Shown: positions 38,371-49,777 of the stretch, one piece after another | Position numbering within the stretch: the stretch's first letter is position 1 | How the letters are laid out: each line of letters begins with the position of its first letter | DNA from: Mobula hypostoma | Lineage: Eukaryota | Assembly (NCBI RefSeq): GCF_963921235.1 | Contig: NC_086107.1 | Coordinates: 93,560,001-93,624,000, forward strand | Direction of reading: 5' to 3' | Length of the DNA: 64,000 nt | Notes under the pieces: model-generated | Databases searched by the model: none | Seen by the model: the letters and a program-made list of their open reading frames with translations, nothing else | Told to the model about the DNA's origin: nothing | Translations under genes and position numbers: made by a program

Positions 38371-40389
38371 ATGGGAGTGATGATGATGATGATGGCGAAG
38401 GCACTTCCAACACAGCGGATGAGACTCAACGTCGGCAGGACTGTTAGCCGCCTGGTGCTGGTGACCCTGTGGACCCTGTCCCTACTGGGGGGGCTGGCGC
38501 AGCCGCACGTCTGCCCCAAGGGCTGCTCCTGCAGTAACCAGTTCAGCAAGGTGATCTGCACCCGCTACGACTTGCGGGAGGTGCCGAGCGACATCTCCAC
38601 CAACACGCGCTACTTGAACCTGCAGGAGAACGCCATCCAGGTGATCAAGGCGGACACCTTCAAGCAGCTGCGGCACCTGGAGATACTGCAGCTCAGCAAG
38701 AACCTGATCCGCCACGTGGAGGTCGGCGCCTTCAACGGCCTCACTAGCCTCAACACGCTGGAGCTCTTCGACAACCGGCTGACCACGGTGCCGAGCGGCG
38801 CCTTCGAGTACCTGTCCAAGCTGCGGGAGCTCTGGCTGCGGAACAACCCCATCGAGAGCATCCCGTCGTACGCCTTCAACCGGGTGCCGTCGCTGCGGCG
38901 CCTGGACCTGGGCGAGCTCAAGAAGCTGGAGTACATCTCGGACGCGGCGTTCGAGGGGCTGGTCAACCTGCGCTACCTCAACCTGGGCATGTGCAACCTG
39001 GCCGAGATTCCCAACCTGACGCCGCTGCTACGGTTGGAGGAGCTGGAACTGTCGGGCAACCGGCTGGAGGTGATCCAGCCCGGCTCCTTCCAGGGGCTAA
39101 CCAGTCTCCGCAAGCTGTGGCTGATGCACGCCCAGGTGCAGCTGATCGAGCGCAACGCCTTCGACGACCTGCAGTCGCTGGAGGAGCTGAACCTCTCGCA
39201 CAATAACCTGACTTCGCTGCCGCACGACCTCTTCACGCCGCTGCACCGCCTGGAGCGGGTGCACCTCAACCACAACCCGTGGCACTGCAACTGCGACGTG
39301 CTCTGGCTCAGCTGGTGGCTCAAGGAGACGGTGCCCAGCAACACCACCTGCTGCGCCCGCTGCCACTCGCCGCCCGCCCTCAAGGCGCGCTACCTGGGCG
39401 AGCTGGACCAGAGCCACTTCACCTGCTACGCGCCCGTCATCGTGGAGCCGCCCGCCGACCTCAACGTGACCGAGGGCATGGCGGCCGAGCTCAAGTGCCG
39501 CGCCGCCACCTCCATGACGTCCGTCAACTGGATGACCCCCAACGGCACGCTGATGACCCACGGCTCGTACCGGGTACGCATCTCGGTGCTGCACGACGGC
39601 ACGCTCAACTTCACCAATGTGACGGTGCAGGACACTGGGCTCTACACCTGCCTGGTCAGTAACTCGGCGGGGAACGCCACCGCCTCAGCCACCCTCAATG
39701 TGTCGGCGGCCGACGGCGGTGGTCCGGCGGGCAGCGGCGGCGGCGGCGCTGCGGGCGGCTCCTCGGGCGGCTCCTCCAACAGCTACAGCTACTTCACCAC
39801 AGTGACGGTGGAGACGGTGGAGGTGGTGGACGAGCCCCGCTCCACCGAGCACCAGGCCGGGCCCACCCCCTCCGGGGGCTGGGAGGTCTCCGCCGCCTAC
39901 TCATCCTCATCGTCCTCCTCCTCCTCCGCCACGTCGCTGGCGCCGCAGTCGACGGAGCGCGCCTTCACCGTGCCGCTGGCCACCGAGGCGGGAGACGGGA
40001 TGCTGGCTGGCCTCGACGACGTGATGAAGACCACCAAGATCATCATCGGCTGCTTCGTGGCCATCACCTTCCTCGCGGCCGTCATGCTGGTCGCCTTCTA
40101 CAAGCTGCGCAAACAGCACCAGCTCCACAAGCACCGGGGCCAGGCCCGCGCTGTCGAGATCATCAACGTGGAGGACGAGCTGGCGGGCTCGGCGCCCGCC
40201 GACAGCTGCCTGGCGCTGCCCGCTGCCGACCGCGAGCACCTCAACCACTACGCGGCCGCCTACAAGGCGCACTACGGCAACAATGCGGCCGCGCTGAACT
40301 GCACCAAAAACCCACTCCACAACTCCGTGCACGAACCGCTCCTCTTCAAGTCCGCCTCCAAAGAGAACGTGCAAGAGACGCAGATCTGA
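38371..40389 (+). CDS. LRRC4B: Leucine-rich repeat-containing protein 4B (netrin-G ligand-3, NGL-3), single coding exon, 672 aa
   Basis: Domain order: signal peptide, LRRNT ([16 protein letters not shown]), LRR array, LRRCT ([30 protein letters not shown]), Ig domain, Gly/Ser-rich stalk, TM ([21 protein letters not shown]) and C-terminal PDZ ligand [37 protein letters not shown] and KQHQLHKH match the LRRC4B paralogue as I know it rather than LRRC4/LRRC4C. The true start may be one of the tandem ATGs at 38371-38394. Confidence 0.93.
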   Translation: MGVMMMMMAKALPTQRMRLNVGRTVSRLVLVTLWTLSLLGGLAQPHVCPKGCSCSNQFSKVICTRYDLREVPSDISTNTRYLNLQENAIQVIKADTFKQLRHLEILQLSKNLIRHVEVGAFNGLTSLNTLELFDNRLTTVPSGAFEYLSKLRELWLRNNPIESIPSYAFNRVPSLRRLDLGELKKLEYISDAAFEGLVNLRYLNLGMCNLAEIPNLTPLLRLEELELSGNRLEVIQPGSFQGLTSLRKLWLMHAQVQLIERNAFDDLQSLEELNLSHNNLTSLPHDLFTPLHRLERVHLNHNPWHCNCDVLWLSWWLKETVPSNTTCCARCHSPPALKARYLGELDQSHFTCYAPVIVEPPADLNVTEGMAAELKCRAATSMTSVNWMTPNGTLMTHGSYRVRISVLHDGTLNFTNVTVQDTGLYTCLVSNSAGNATASATLNVSAADGGGPAGSGGGGAAGGSSGGSSNSYSYFTTVTVETVEVVDEPRSTEHQAGPTPSGGWEVSAAYSSSSSSSSSATSLAPQSTERAFTVPLATEAGDGMLAGLDDVMKTTKIIIGCFVAITFLAAVMLVAFYKLRKQHQLHKHRGQARAVEIINVEDELAGSAPADSCLALPAADREHLNHYAAAYKAHYGNNAAALNCTKNPLHNSVHEPLLFKSASKENVQETQI

Positions 40390-40390
40390 G
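38420..40390. other. CpG island coinciding with the CDS
   Basis: Very high GC3 and dense CpG, in sharp contrast to CpG-poor flanks. Confidence 0.8.
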
Positions 40391-40440
40391 CAGCACGCCC
40401 CACCACCCCAGCATCTTTTTTTGAGGAAGAGGGTGGGGGA

Positions 40441-40900
40441 TTGGGTTGGGTGGAGTATATTGGGGAGGACATCTCTGTAGCCACCTCCCTCTGCCCTTGG
40501 TGTTGGGGTGGGACAGCTGTGTTGCCACCTGCGTGTTGGGTTGGGTGGAAGGTATTGGTAATGACACTTCTGTCGCCACCTTACCTCTGCCTTTGGTGCT
40601 GGGGAGGACACCTCTGTGGCCATCCATCAGTTGGGTTGGGTAGAAGGTGTTGGGGAGGACACCTCTGTTGCCACCTGGCCTTTGACCTTGGTGATGTGGA
40701 GGACAATTCTGTTGCCACCTGCCTGTTAGGTTGGGTAGAAGGTGTTTAGAAGGACATCTTTTCCACCATCTCCCTCTGCCCTTGGTGTTGGGGTGGGGAC
40801 ACCTTTGTTGCTACTTGTGAGTTGGGTTGGTTAGAAGGTTTTGAGGAGAACACCTCTGATGCCATCTTGCCTCTGCCCTTGGTATTTGGAAGAACACCTC
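40441..40900 (+). repeat. 95-bp G-rich tandem repeat (~4.8 units)
   Basis: Units start with ttgggttgggt-like sequence at 40441, 40536, 40631, 40726 and 40822. Each unit holds two ggacacctctgttgccacct-like subunits. Confidence 0.85.
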
Positions 40901-42306
40901 CTCTTTCATTCCACCTCCCCCCCTACCTGCCCACCCTCCCTCAGTTGCTATCTGCCTCTGCTATTGGTCCATGGTGTACTGTGGTCCAGAGATGGAGAAA
41001 GGAGATGCCAGTTAGCCGGAGTCCCATTCACTTGATTTGCACAAGCATTTCCTCACTAGCCTCTCCACCCCACCCCACCCCTCGGTTGAGTAAGAGTTGG
41101 GCATGTACTCTTGTCTCGGTGCCTCTTTGCAAACCCCATCCAGCCACCGCCCACCACTGGCCTGATACTGCCTCTGCCAAGACGGGCCACCAGTCCAAGC
41201 CATCGGCGTGGTCACTACAGCCCCATATTCTTGGTAAGACCAACTTCCATTTACTGTAGCCACTGGGTCCCCAGTTACCTGGTGACACATGCAGTCGTCT
41301 GTGTAGTTTCATCAGTTCTACATTCCCAATCAGTCCTGCAGTGTCCCATCTGTCCGAAGAGGCTGCTGTTTCCAGTGTCCTGTAAGTCATATCTTCTTGG
41401 CAAGGCTGACAGCTATTTGCCTTTTGCCATTAGTCCCGTTTTCATGACCAGACCAGCAATCATTCACAGTGTCCCATTGATCATAATCACATTCCCAACC
41501 AGCAACCATTTGGATTTGCTTTCCAGTCCCATTTTTCTGATGCAACATTCCATACTGCAGCCAGCTACAGTGTCTGATCGAACATATTCCCCTCATACCG
41601 TACATTCTAGGCTCATAATCATTGGCTCTCTCCACCACTTCCATTTTCCTGAGTCTGTCTGGAATTGCCAGTGAATACACAAGGTATATTTGTTTATAAA
41701 GCCAAAATTTCCAAAACAACAAAATTATCTAGGTCTAACTGATACCAAGAGAATCTGAAGATCCCTTAACACCTTTAGTCTCAATGGATCCTGATCATTT
41801 CTGCTTACATTCTATCACACTGGGACAAGTACAAAGGGCCCTATCTATAATCTTTCAAGAGTGCCAAGGAGACCGTCTAGAGGGCGCAGCACTGGATGTG
41901 AGGTCTTGTGTCCTGGGTGTGGAACCAGTGTCAGGAATTTTGCATTGTGCAGCTAGGAATGGACTACGTCTTCGAGATAAGGTGATGCTTCTAGAAAGGC
42001 CCTGGGACGTTCTGGAGGTTTTCTTCTTCAATGCTTCAAAGACATTGGCCTAGGAATCTTGGAGTAGCTACAACAGGTTTCTTAACAAAGAAAAAAAAAT
42101 GCCCCAATGAAGGACCTGTCGCTAAGATTTCAGGAACCTTCATATCTTTTCTTCTTCAAGATGTGTTGCTATTCAGCCTGTAGGATGCTGGAATCTGATA
42201 TAAAAAAAACTCAAACCAATTATTCAACTCCAATTTTTACAGATAACTGTAAGACCTCAACTTTGACCCTTGGGATTCAGCTATCAAACCAATCCCCACC
42301 CCCATT

Positions 42307-42307
42307 A

Positions 42308-42348
<41 letters not shown>
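42307..42348. repeat. (AC)n microsatellite
   Basis: Directly visible. Confidence 0.95.
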
Positions 42349-42350
<2 letters not shown>

Positions 42351-44344
42351 ACTGAAGCAACGTACAAGAATGCTTCCCGTGGGGCCAGGAGAACTTCATG
42401 AAACACCAGCTCTGTGAAAACATTCTTCTCGGAAAAATGGGTGGTGCGGGGAGCACGTTTTAAATTCATTGTAAAGGGAAAAAAATGGGTCAATGCACTT
42501 TTTTTACTTGTCTAGTGTAATGGGCTCTTTCTTGTTCTTTGTCAATAGCCCCAATTCTAGGTCAAAATTGATCTAGATCACCGATTGCAATGCGTGGTAC
42601 AACATCTTTCCAGTCACAAAATAAATCCTCTAGTAATGGATGCAGCAAGTGTACTAGGGTCCTACTTACTGGCCTCAAATCCTTTTGCCCCCTCACTCTC
42701 TCCGACTTTTAAGTCTTGCCTTCCAGTTGAGCAGGGTAGGAGCTTGGGGAACGCGTTAGCTTTCTGTTCAATCATTACCTTGATTTGTCTTTTTATTTCT
42801 CTGAACCCTCTTTCCTCCTCCTCTGTTCGGAGGCAAGATGATTGTGCGTTGAATGGAGCCCAAGTAACTCAGAGCAAATCATTTTCTTTTCTATACAACT
42901 ATTATTTGGGAAGAGTTGAGATGAGTTCAACCCAATATTAGCAACGTCAAAGAGTATAAGGACTTTTGAGTTGCTTTTTTGTGATTCTTCAGTATTTTTA
43001 AAGCTTGTTGTGAGGTTGATATATAAAAAAGGAAATGTGGTTATTTTAACATTTCTGGTATTATTTTTCTGTGCAATGTAGTGGGTTGCAGCAATGTATT
43101 CTGACAAACTTCACCAGTTCTGGCCTGTCTCCCCTCGCTAAAGGTCAGCTTCCTTCGCAAATCAGAATTCCGAAATGTACTCAGGTTTACTTGGCCTCAA
43201 AAGGTTACCTGGATGAAGGGCTGTCAGAAGTGTGGGGAAGAGTCCAAAGGGAAGGTCCTCTGCAAGAAACGCGTGCCAACTCCAATCCTTTCCACCAGCC
43301 CTTGCGATTCTTTTGTAGAGTAACAGTCCTGAACCCTGCAGCATCGACTCTCGTAGCTGAGGCTGGAGATCTGACTGTGGGAGGCAGACCCAAAAGTAAC
43401 AAAAAGAAACCAGAGAACCACTTAAAACAGCATGTAAATTATGAGAAAGTTAATGTTTCCAATTATTTTATTACATTTTAGCAATAATTCCAACTATAGC
43501 TCGGAGGTACAGCTTGAAGGAATTCTGAATACTTTAAGAAAACTATGTACTGTCTTCAGGGTAGACAAATGCAGATGTCAGGTACGAGACCCCAGGTCAA
43601 TGGCTGCACTGACGGAGCATTATGAAGCAATTGTAAGGACTATTGGCAAATGTTTTATGTTCTAGAAACTGCAGAATCTCAAAGCTTGTGCCACAGACTG
43701 TTTAAAGAAACCTAGTTGAGTCGTTCCCCACTTCAAACAAAAAGGTGACTGCCGGGTTTGTAGTTTTTTTTCGCTTTTGCCCAAACCACCTAACCCCTCC
43801 AACCAAACAAACAGAGGCTCCCTGCAAAAGGAGTGACAGGTCAAGTGTATAATGTCCTTTAACAACACATGTTTTCTCTACATTTCTACTGAATGTCATA
43901 CATGATGTCAAACTTGAGGAATTTGTACAGAACCATACAACTGTATTCTCTGAATTAAGTAAAAAAAAGAAAAAAATGTTTGTCAGTGGAGACATGCTGC
44001 TGTTGTCCACAAGCCGTTACTTTTACAATGTTATGTTACAGATTGAAAGGGTTTTTAATTAAATTTAATACCCAAATTTTTTTTTTTGTTATTTTCCAAG
44101 TAGTCCTCCCTGTATCTTGAGATTCCGATGCAAGTTCAAGGAAAGTTAAAAATTTGCAAAAAGCAAGCTTCAAAGAAATGAAGCCAAAAGTCCTGCACTG
44201 ATTATCTAAACTACAGAAAACAATGTCTGCTGAAATTCTTTGGGTGAGATAATCCTTAGTACCATATTAGGCTATTAAAATTTATAACATGATTAATTTT
44301 TAGTCACTTTCTACAGGTTCCCTTGCTCTCAACAAACATCGTAA

Positions 44345-44350
44345 AATAAA
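44345..44350 (+). terminator. Candidate polyadenylation signal AATAAA
   Basis: AATAAA followed by a GU/U-rich region (tgtcactcttgtgg...gtgttttgt). An alternative AATAAA lies at 44478. Confidence 0.45.
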
Positions 44351-46502
44351 TCCATAACATCTCGGTTTAATAATATGTCACTCTTGTGGCAATTTCCATT
44401 TTGCAAGTGTTTTGTAAATTGATCTTTATAGTGGAGGACAAGGATGAAGTGCCAGATAAACAATATCACAATGCAGAAATAAAGAGATTCTAATGAAAGT
44501 GCACCAAGTGGAGGAATTAGCGAAACTGAAGTTTGACACATTTTCACCATTTTATTGGCTCAACTCAATAGTTCAAAGTAAATTTTTATCAGTGCCTATA
44601 TGTCACCATATACTATGCTGAGATTCATTATCTTGCAGGCATTCACAGTAGAACAAAGAAATACAATAGAATCAATGAAAAACTACACACAAACAATATG
44701 CAGAACAAGTTGCCACTCTGGGTTAATAAAGGAGCTGCTGAGAATACTACGAATACTAATGAGAATATCGACCAAGGTATTGACCCTTTGGATTGGATTA
44801 CTGCTATTGTCACCCCAAGATTTAAGAGTGTTGATTGGGAATAGAAGTAGGCCATTCAGGTCTAACCCCCACTATTAACTAAAATCAGAGCTGATCTGCC
44901 AGTAACTTCAGTTCTGCATTCCAGTCTACCTCAGAATCAGACTCAGGCTTAATATCACCATGATGTGCAGTGAAATTTGTTGTTTTGCAGCATCATTACA
45001 TAAAAAAAATCATAAGTTACAGTAAGAAATATATACACTACATAGGTGTGTATATTATCAAGGTTGGGTCGGGGAAGATTGCTTCAAAATGCGATGCCTT
45101 CAAAAGGCAATCATTAAAGGCTCCCATCACCCAGGACAATCCCCCTTCACTTTATTGCTATCAGAAAGGAGGTACAGGAGCTTGAAAATACCCACTCAAT
45201 ATTTTAGGATATAGATTAGATTAGATTCAACTTTATTGTCATTGTGCCGTACAGATACAAAGCCAATGAAATGCAATTAGCATCTGACCAGAAGTGCAAA
45301 AGAATAGTATTATTTACAAAATAACTGCGAATAAAAAGTAAGTGCTACAGCACACAAATATAAAAGTACTGAGACAGTCCAATATGGGTGCAATACTGCT
45401 TAGCGCTGTGATGTGAGGTTCAGCAGGGTCACAGCCTTAGGGAAGAAGCTCTTCCTGTGCCTGTTGGTGCAGGAGTGGAGGCTCCTGTAGCGCCTATCGG
45501 ATGGGAGGAGAGTAAAAAGTCCTGGGTTCGGGTGAGATGCATCCTTGATAATGCTTCTTCGCCCTGCCCAGGCAGCGTCAACAGTGGGCAATTGGGTGCG
45601 GATAATCCGCTGGGCAGTTTTCACCACCTGCTGGAGTGTTGCAGTCCGATACAGGACAATTGCCGTATATATAATAAACAGTGCAAAAAGAGAGCATAAA
45701 TGATGTAATTTTCATGCTCCATTCAGAAATCTGATGGAAGAGGAAGCTGTTGCTAAAATATTGAGTGTGTGTACCTGCTCTTTGATGGTAGCAATGAGAA
45801 GAGGACATGTCCTGGGTGATGGGAGTCCTTAATGATGGATGCTGCCTTTTGAAACAATCTTTCCCCCCAATCCAGTCTTAGTAGTCAAGTATATAATCTA
45901 CCTCTGCCCTTAAGATATTCCAAGTCTCTGTTTCTACCACCCTTAAAGAAAGTGACCTTCTAGGACTCAACCCTCCAGGAAAAAATTCTTTATCTCAACA
46001 CGGTAATAGTGCAATCATTCCAGTTGAATATGATGCTCTCCTAAGGGCTTGCCTACTGGTGCTTTGTCAGGTGACTGTAGAGGCAGATTCAGGATGCACC
46101 TATTCTGGTGCAGCGTGGGCAAGAATGTGGTGTCTGTGATTAGTGGCTAGGTCTCAACCCTCTCTTAAATGGGCAGCCTCTTATTTTTAAACATAAGCTC
46201 TTAGTTTACACTCTGTGGCAAGAAGAAACATTCTCTTAACACCCACCCGTTCAAGACTCCATCTGGCCTCAGCTGTTTCAATCAAGTTCCTTCTAATTCT
46301 TCTTAAATTCCAAGTTACAAGTTTAGTCTTTCCAACTTTATAGGACAGGGCACATACTCCAAGTGATAGTCTTAGAAAATCTCTTCGGAACTGCTTCCAA
46401 CATATTAATGATCTGAAATAAGCAGATGAAGAATAGACATAGTACTCAAGATATAGTCTCATCAATAACATAAAAGATCCTACATATGCTGAAGTCTTGA
46501 GC

Positions 46503-46880
46503 AACACTCACAAAATGCTGACAGAACTCAGTAGGTCAGGCAGTAGCAATGTTTCAGGCTGCGACCCTTCATCAGGACTGGAAAGGAAGGGAAAGAAGCC
46601 AGAATAAGGTGGGGAGAGGAGAAGGAGTACATGCTGGCACCTGATCTCACCTACGTATCTCTTCCCAGCTTCTTACTTCCCCTTTCCATCCACCCACCTT
46701 CTCCCTCACCTCTCACCTGTCAACTTGTGAGCCTTTGCCTCCTCCTACCTTTTTATTCTGGCTTCAGCCCTCTTTCTTTCCAGTCCTGATGAAGTGTCTC
46801 AGCCCAAAACTTCAACTATTTATTCTCTTCCATAGATGCTGCCTGATTTGCTGAGTTCCGCTGGTATTTTGTGTTTCGCT
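46503..46880. mobile_element. Hammerhead-family Penelope-type element, inverted arms
   Basis: Minus core at ~46548-46580 (cagtcctgatgaagggtcgcagcctgaaac) and plus core at 46781-46815. Confidence 0.7.
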
Positions 46881-47384
46881 TGGCTCATCAATGCCTTTAA
46901 TTCAGTCATCACAGCAATAAATAGTACCATTAGAGTCAGAGAGTTATACTGCACAGGAACAAGCCCTTCAAACCAACTTGTTAATGCTGACAAAGTTGGG
47001 ATGAACTAGTCCCATTTGCCCGTACTTGGCCCATATCCTGATAAACATTTCTTATCCATGTACCTGTCAATAGGGTTACCATTATACCCACCTCTGCTAT
47101 TTCCTCTGGCACCTTGTTTCATTTCCCCACCACCCACTGAATGAAAAGGCTACCCTGTCATCTCCTTGAGGTATTTCTTCTCTTACCCTAAATCTATGCT
47201 TTTTAGACTCTCCTACCATAGGGAAAAAGAATATGAGCATTTACCTCATCTACCCACTCATGATTTTATATACCTCTATAAAGTCACCCATCAACCTCCT
47301 CTTTTCTAGGGGATAAGAAAGTTCCAACCTATCCAATCTCTCCTGAAGCCCTCCTGTACTGGTAATACCCTTGTTAATTCAAGT

Positions 47385-48015
47385 TGAGTTGGTCTAAGGA
47401 AGCAAATCAACGTTAGCGTTGATTTCCAGAGGACTGGAATATAAAAACAAGAATGCAATGCTGAGGCTTTATAAGGCATTGGTCAGACCACACTTGGAGT
47501 ATTGTGAGCAGATCTGGGCCTCTGATCTATATGCCAGATGTGCTGGCATTGGAGAGGGTCCAGGAGAGGTTCAGGTGAATGATCTTGGGAATGAAGTGGT
47601 TAACATAGGAGGAGCGTTTGATAGCTCTGTGCCTGTACTTGCCAGAGTTTAGAAGAACGAGGAGGGATCTCAGTGAAACCTTTCGAATATTGAAAGGTCC
47701 AGATAGAGTGGATGAGGAGAGAGAGAATGTTTCCAATAGTAGGTCGAGCACCAGAGGGCACAACCTCAGACTGGAAAGACGCCCCTTTAGAACAGAGATG
47801 AGGAGGAATTTTTTTAGCAAGAGAGAGGTGAATATATTGAATTCATTGCCACAGATGCCTGGGGAGGCCAAGGCATTGGATATATTTAAAGCAAAGGTTG
47901 ATAGGTTCTTGATTTGTAAAGGTGTCAAAGATTTTGGGGAGAAGGCAGGACAATTAGGTTGAGAGAGATAGAAAATCAGCCAAATGATCAAATTCTGCTC
48001 CTATGTCTTATGGTC
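47385..48015 (+). mobile_element. CR1 LINE 3' part
   Basis: ISRGLEYK...LYKALVRPHLEYC and tail cctatgtcttatggtct. Confidence 0.85.
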
Positions 48016-49777
48016 TCAATACTTTTTACATGTTTTCCAGCTTAATGATATCCTTCCTATAGCGAGGTGACCAGAACATAATTTTCCCTCAACTGCAGTT
48101 TCACCAGTATCTTTACAATTGTAGAATGGCATCCCTTCTCTTGTGCTTAATGCCCTGACTGATGAAGGTAAATGTGTCAACACCTTAGATGGTGATGTTG
48201 TGGATAGTGTAGAAGGTTATAGGTTAGAACAGGGCATTGATAGGATGCAGAGTTGGGTTGAGAAATAGCAGATGGAGTTCGATCTGGAAAAGTAAGAAGT
48301 GATTCACTTTGGTAGGTCGAACTTGAAGGCAGGGTATGGGGTTAATGGCAGAGTTCTTAGCAGTGTGGAGGAACAGAGGGATTTTGGAGTCTATGTCCAT
48401 AGTTCCCTCAAAATGGCTGCACAAGTTGCTTAAGAAGATGTGTGGTGGATTGAGTTCAAGAACCATGAGGTGGTGTTGCAGCTCTATAAAATCCTGATTA
48501 GACCACACTTGGAGTAATGTGTTCAATTCTGGTTGCCTCATTATAGAAGGATGTGAAACCTTTAGAGCGTGTACAGAGGAGATTTACCAGGATGCTGCCT
48601 GAATTAGAAAGCATGCCTAATAAGGATAGGTTTGAGTGAACTATGTTTTTTTTCCATTGGAGCTAAGGAGGATAAGTGCTGACTTGATGGAGGTGTACAA
48701 GATGATGAGATGCACAGATCGACAGCCAGAGACTTTTTCTCAGGGTAGAAATAGCTAATACAAATGGGCATAACTTTCAGACACTAATTTTTAGTGCATT
48801 TATCCAATTGTGGATCATATTCAGCATGGACAAGATGGGCCGATGGGCCTTTTACTAATCGTATGGCTCTTGTAACTAAGTCATTTGTATAAATTGTAAA
48901 ACATTGAGGCCCTATCTTTGGCACACCGCTTGTTACATTCTGCAAACAAAAGAATACCATTCAACATATATCTCATTTTTCCCTATATCTAGTTGATTTT
49001 TAGTCCATGCCAACTTGTTACTTCCTACAGCATTTTCCACAATTTCATCAAATACCATCTGGAAATCTTAAGGTTTCATCAATCAGATTCCTTTACCCAC
49101 AGCACACATTAGAGAGGAGATCTAGCCACCTGTAGAACTATTAAAAGAAAAGCCTTTGGTCTATGTCCTGTCACTCATGTCCCTTTCATAAGACTGGGAG
49201 TCATAGGAGCAGAATTTAAGATGTATTAGTGTAACACATGCTCTGAGAAGTTAAGAGTCCACTACTAACACAAGGTAGAACACTTCAATTTATCATAAAC
49301 ACAAGAGATTCTGGAAATCCCGAGTAACACAGCTGGGTTTCATCACCTAAGTTACAGAGAAAGCTTGAACAAGTTGGGTCTTTATTCTTTGGAACGTAGA
49401 AGGTTGAGGGGGGATTTGATAGAGGTATTTAAAATTATGAGGGGGATAGATAGAGTTGATGTGGATAGGCTTTGTGTGGGAGATTCAAAACAAGAGGACA
49501 TGAGTTGAGAGTTAAAGGGCAAAAGTTTAGGGATAACTTGAAGGGGAACTTCTTTACTCGGAGAGTGGTAGCTGTGTGGGACGAGCTTCCAGCAGAAGTG
49601 GTTGAGGCAGGTTCGATGTTGTCGTTTAAAGTTAAATTGGATAGATATATGGACAGGAAAGGAATGGAGGGTTATGGGCTGAGTGCAGGTCGGTGGGACT
49701 AGGTGAGAGTAGGAGTTCAGCAGGGACTAGACAGGCCAAGATGGCCTGTTTCTGTGCTGTAATTGTTATATGGTTAT

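Larger units (their letters stand above)
40390..44370 (+). other. Probable long 3'UTR of LRRC4B
   Basis: About 4 kb free of the recognisable LINE/SINE families that saturate the rest of the window. The distal part is AU-rich and ends at AATAAA with a GU/U-rich downstream tract. TEs resume at ~44570. Confidence 0.55.

Noticed and set aside
38371..40389. Assignment as LRRC4C or LRRC4
   Set aside because: Only the N-cap resembles them; LRR, LRRCT, Ig, stalk and cytoplasmic residues match LRRC4B.
38482..40623. Several long antisense/alternate-frame ORFs over LRRC4B (e.g. 39907-40623 -, 39097-39594 -)
   Set aside because: Expected shadow ORFs from extreme GC3 and the 95-bp repeat; no recognisable domains.
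41111..41722. 187-aa and overlapping ORFs downstream of the gene
   Set aside because: Low-information 3'UTR sequence without codon bias or motifs.
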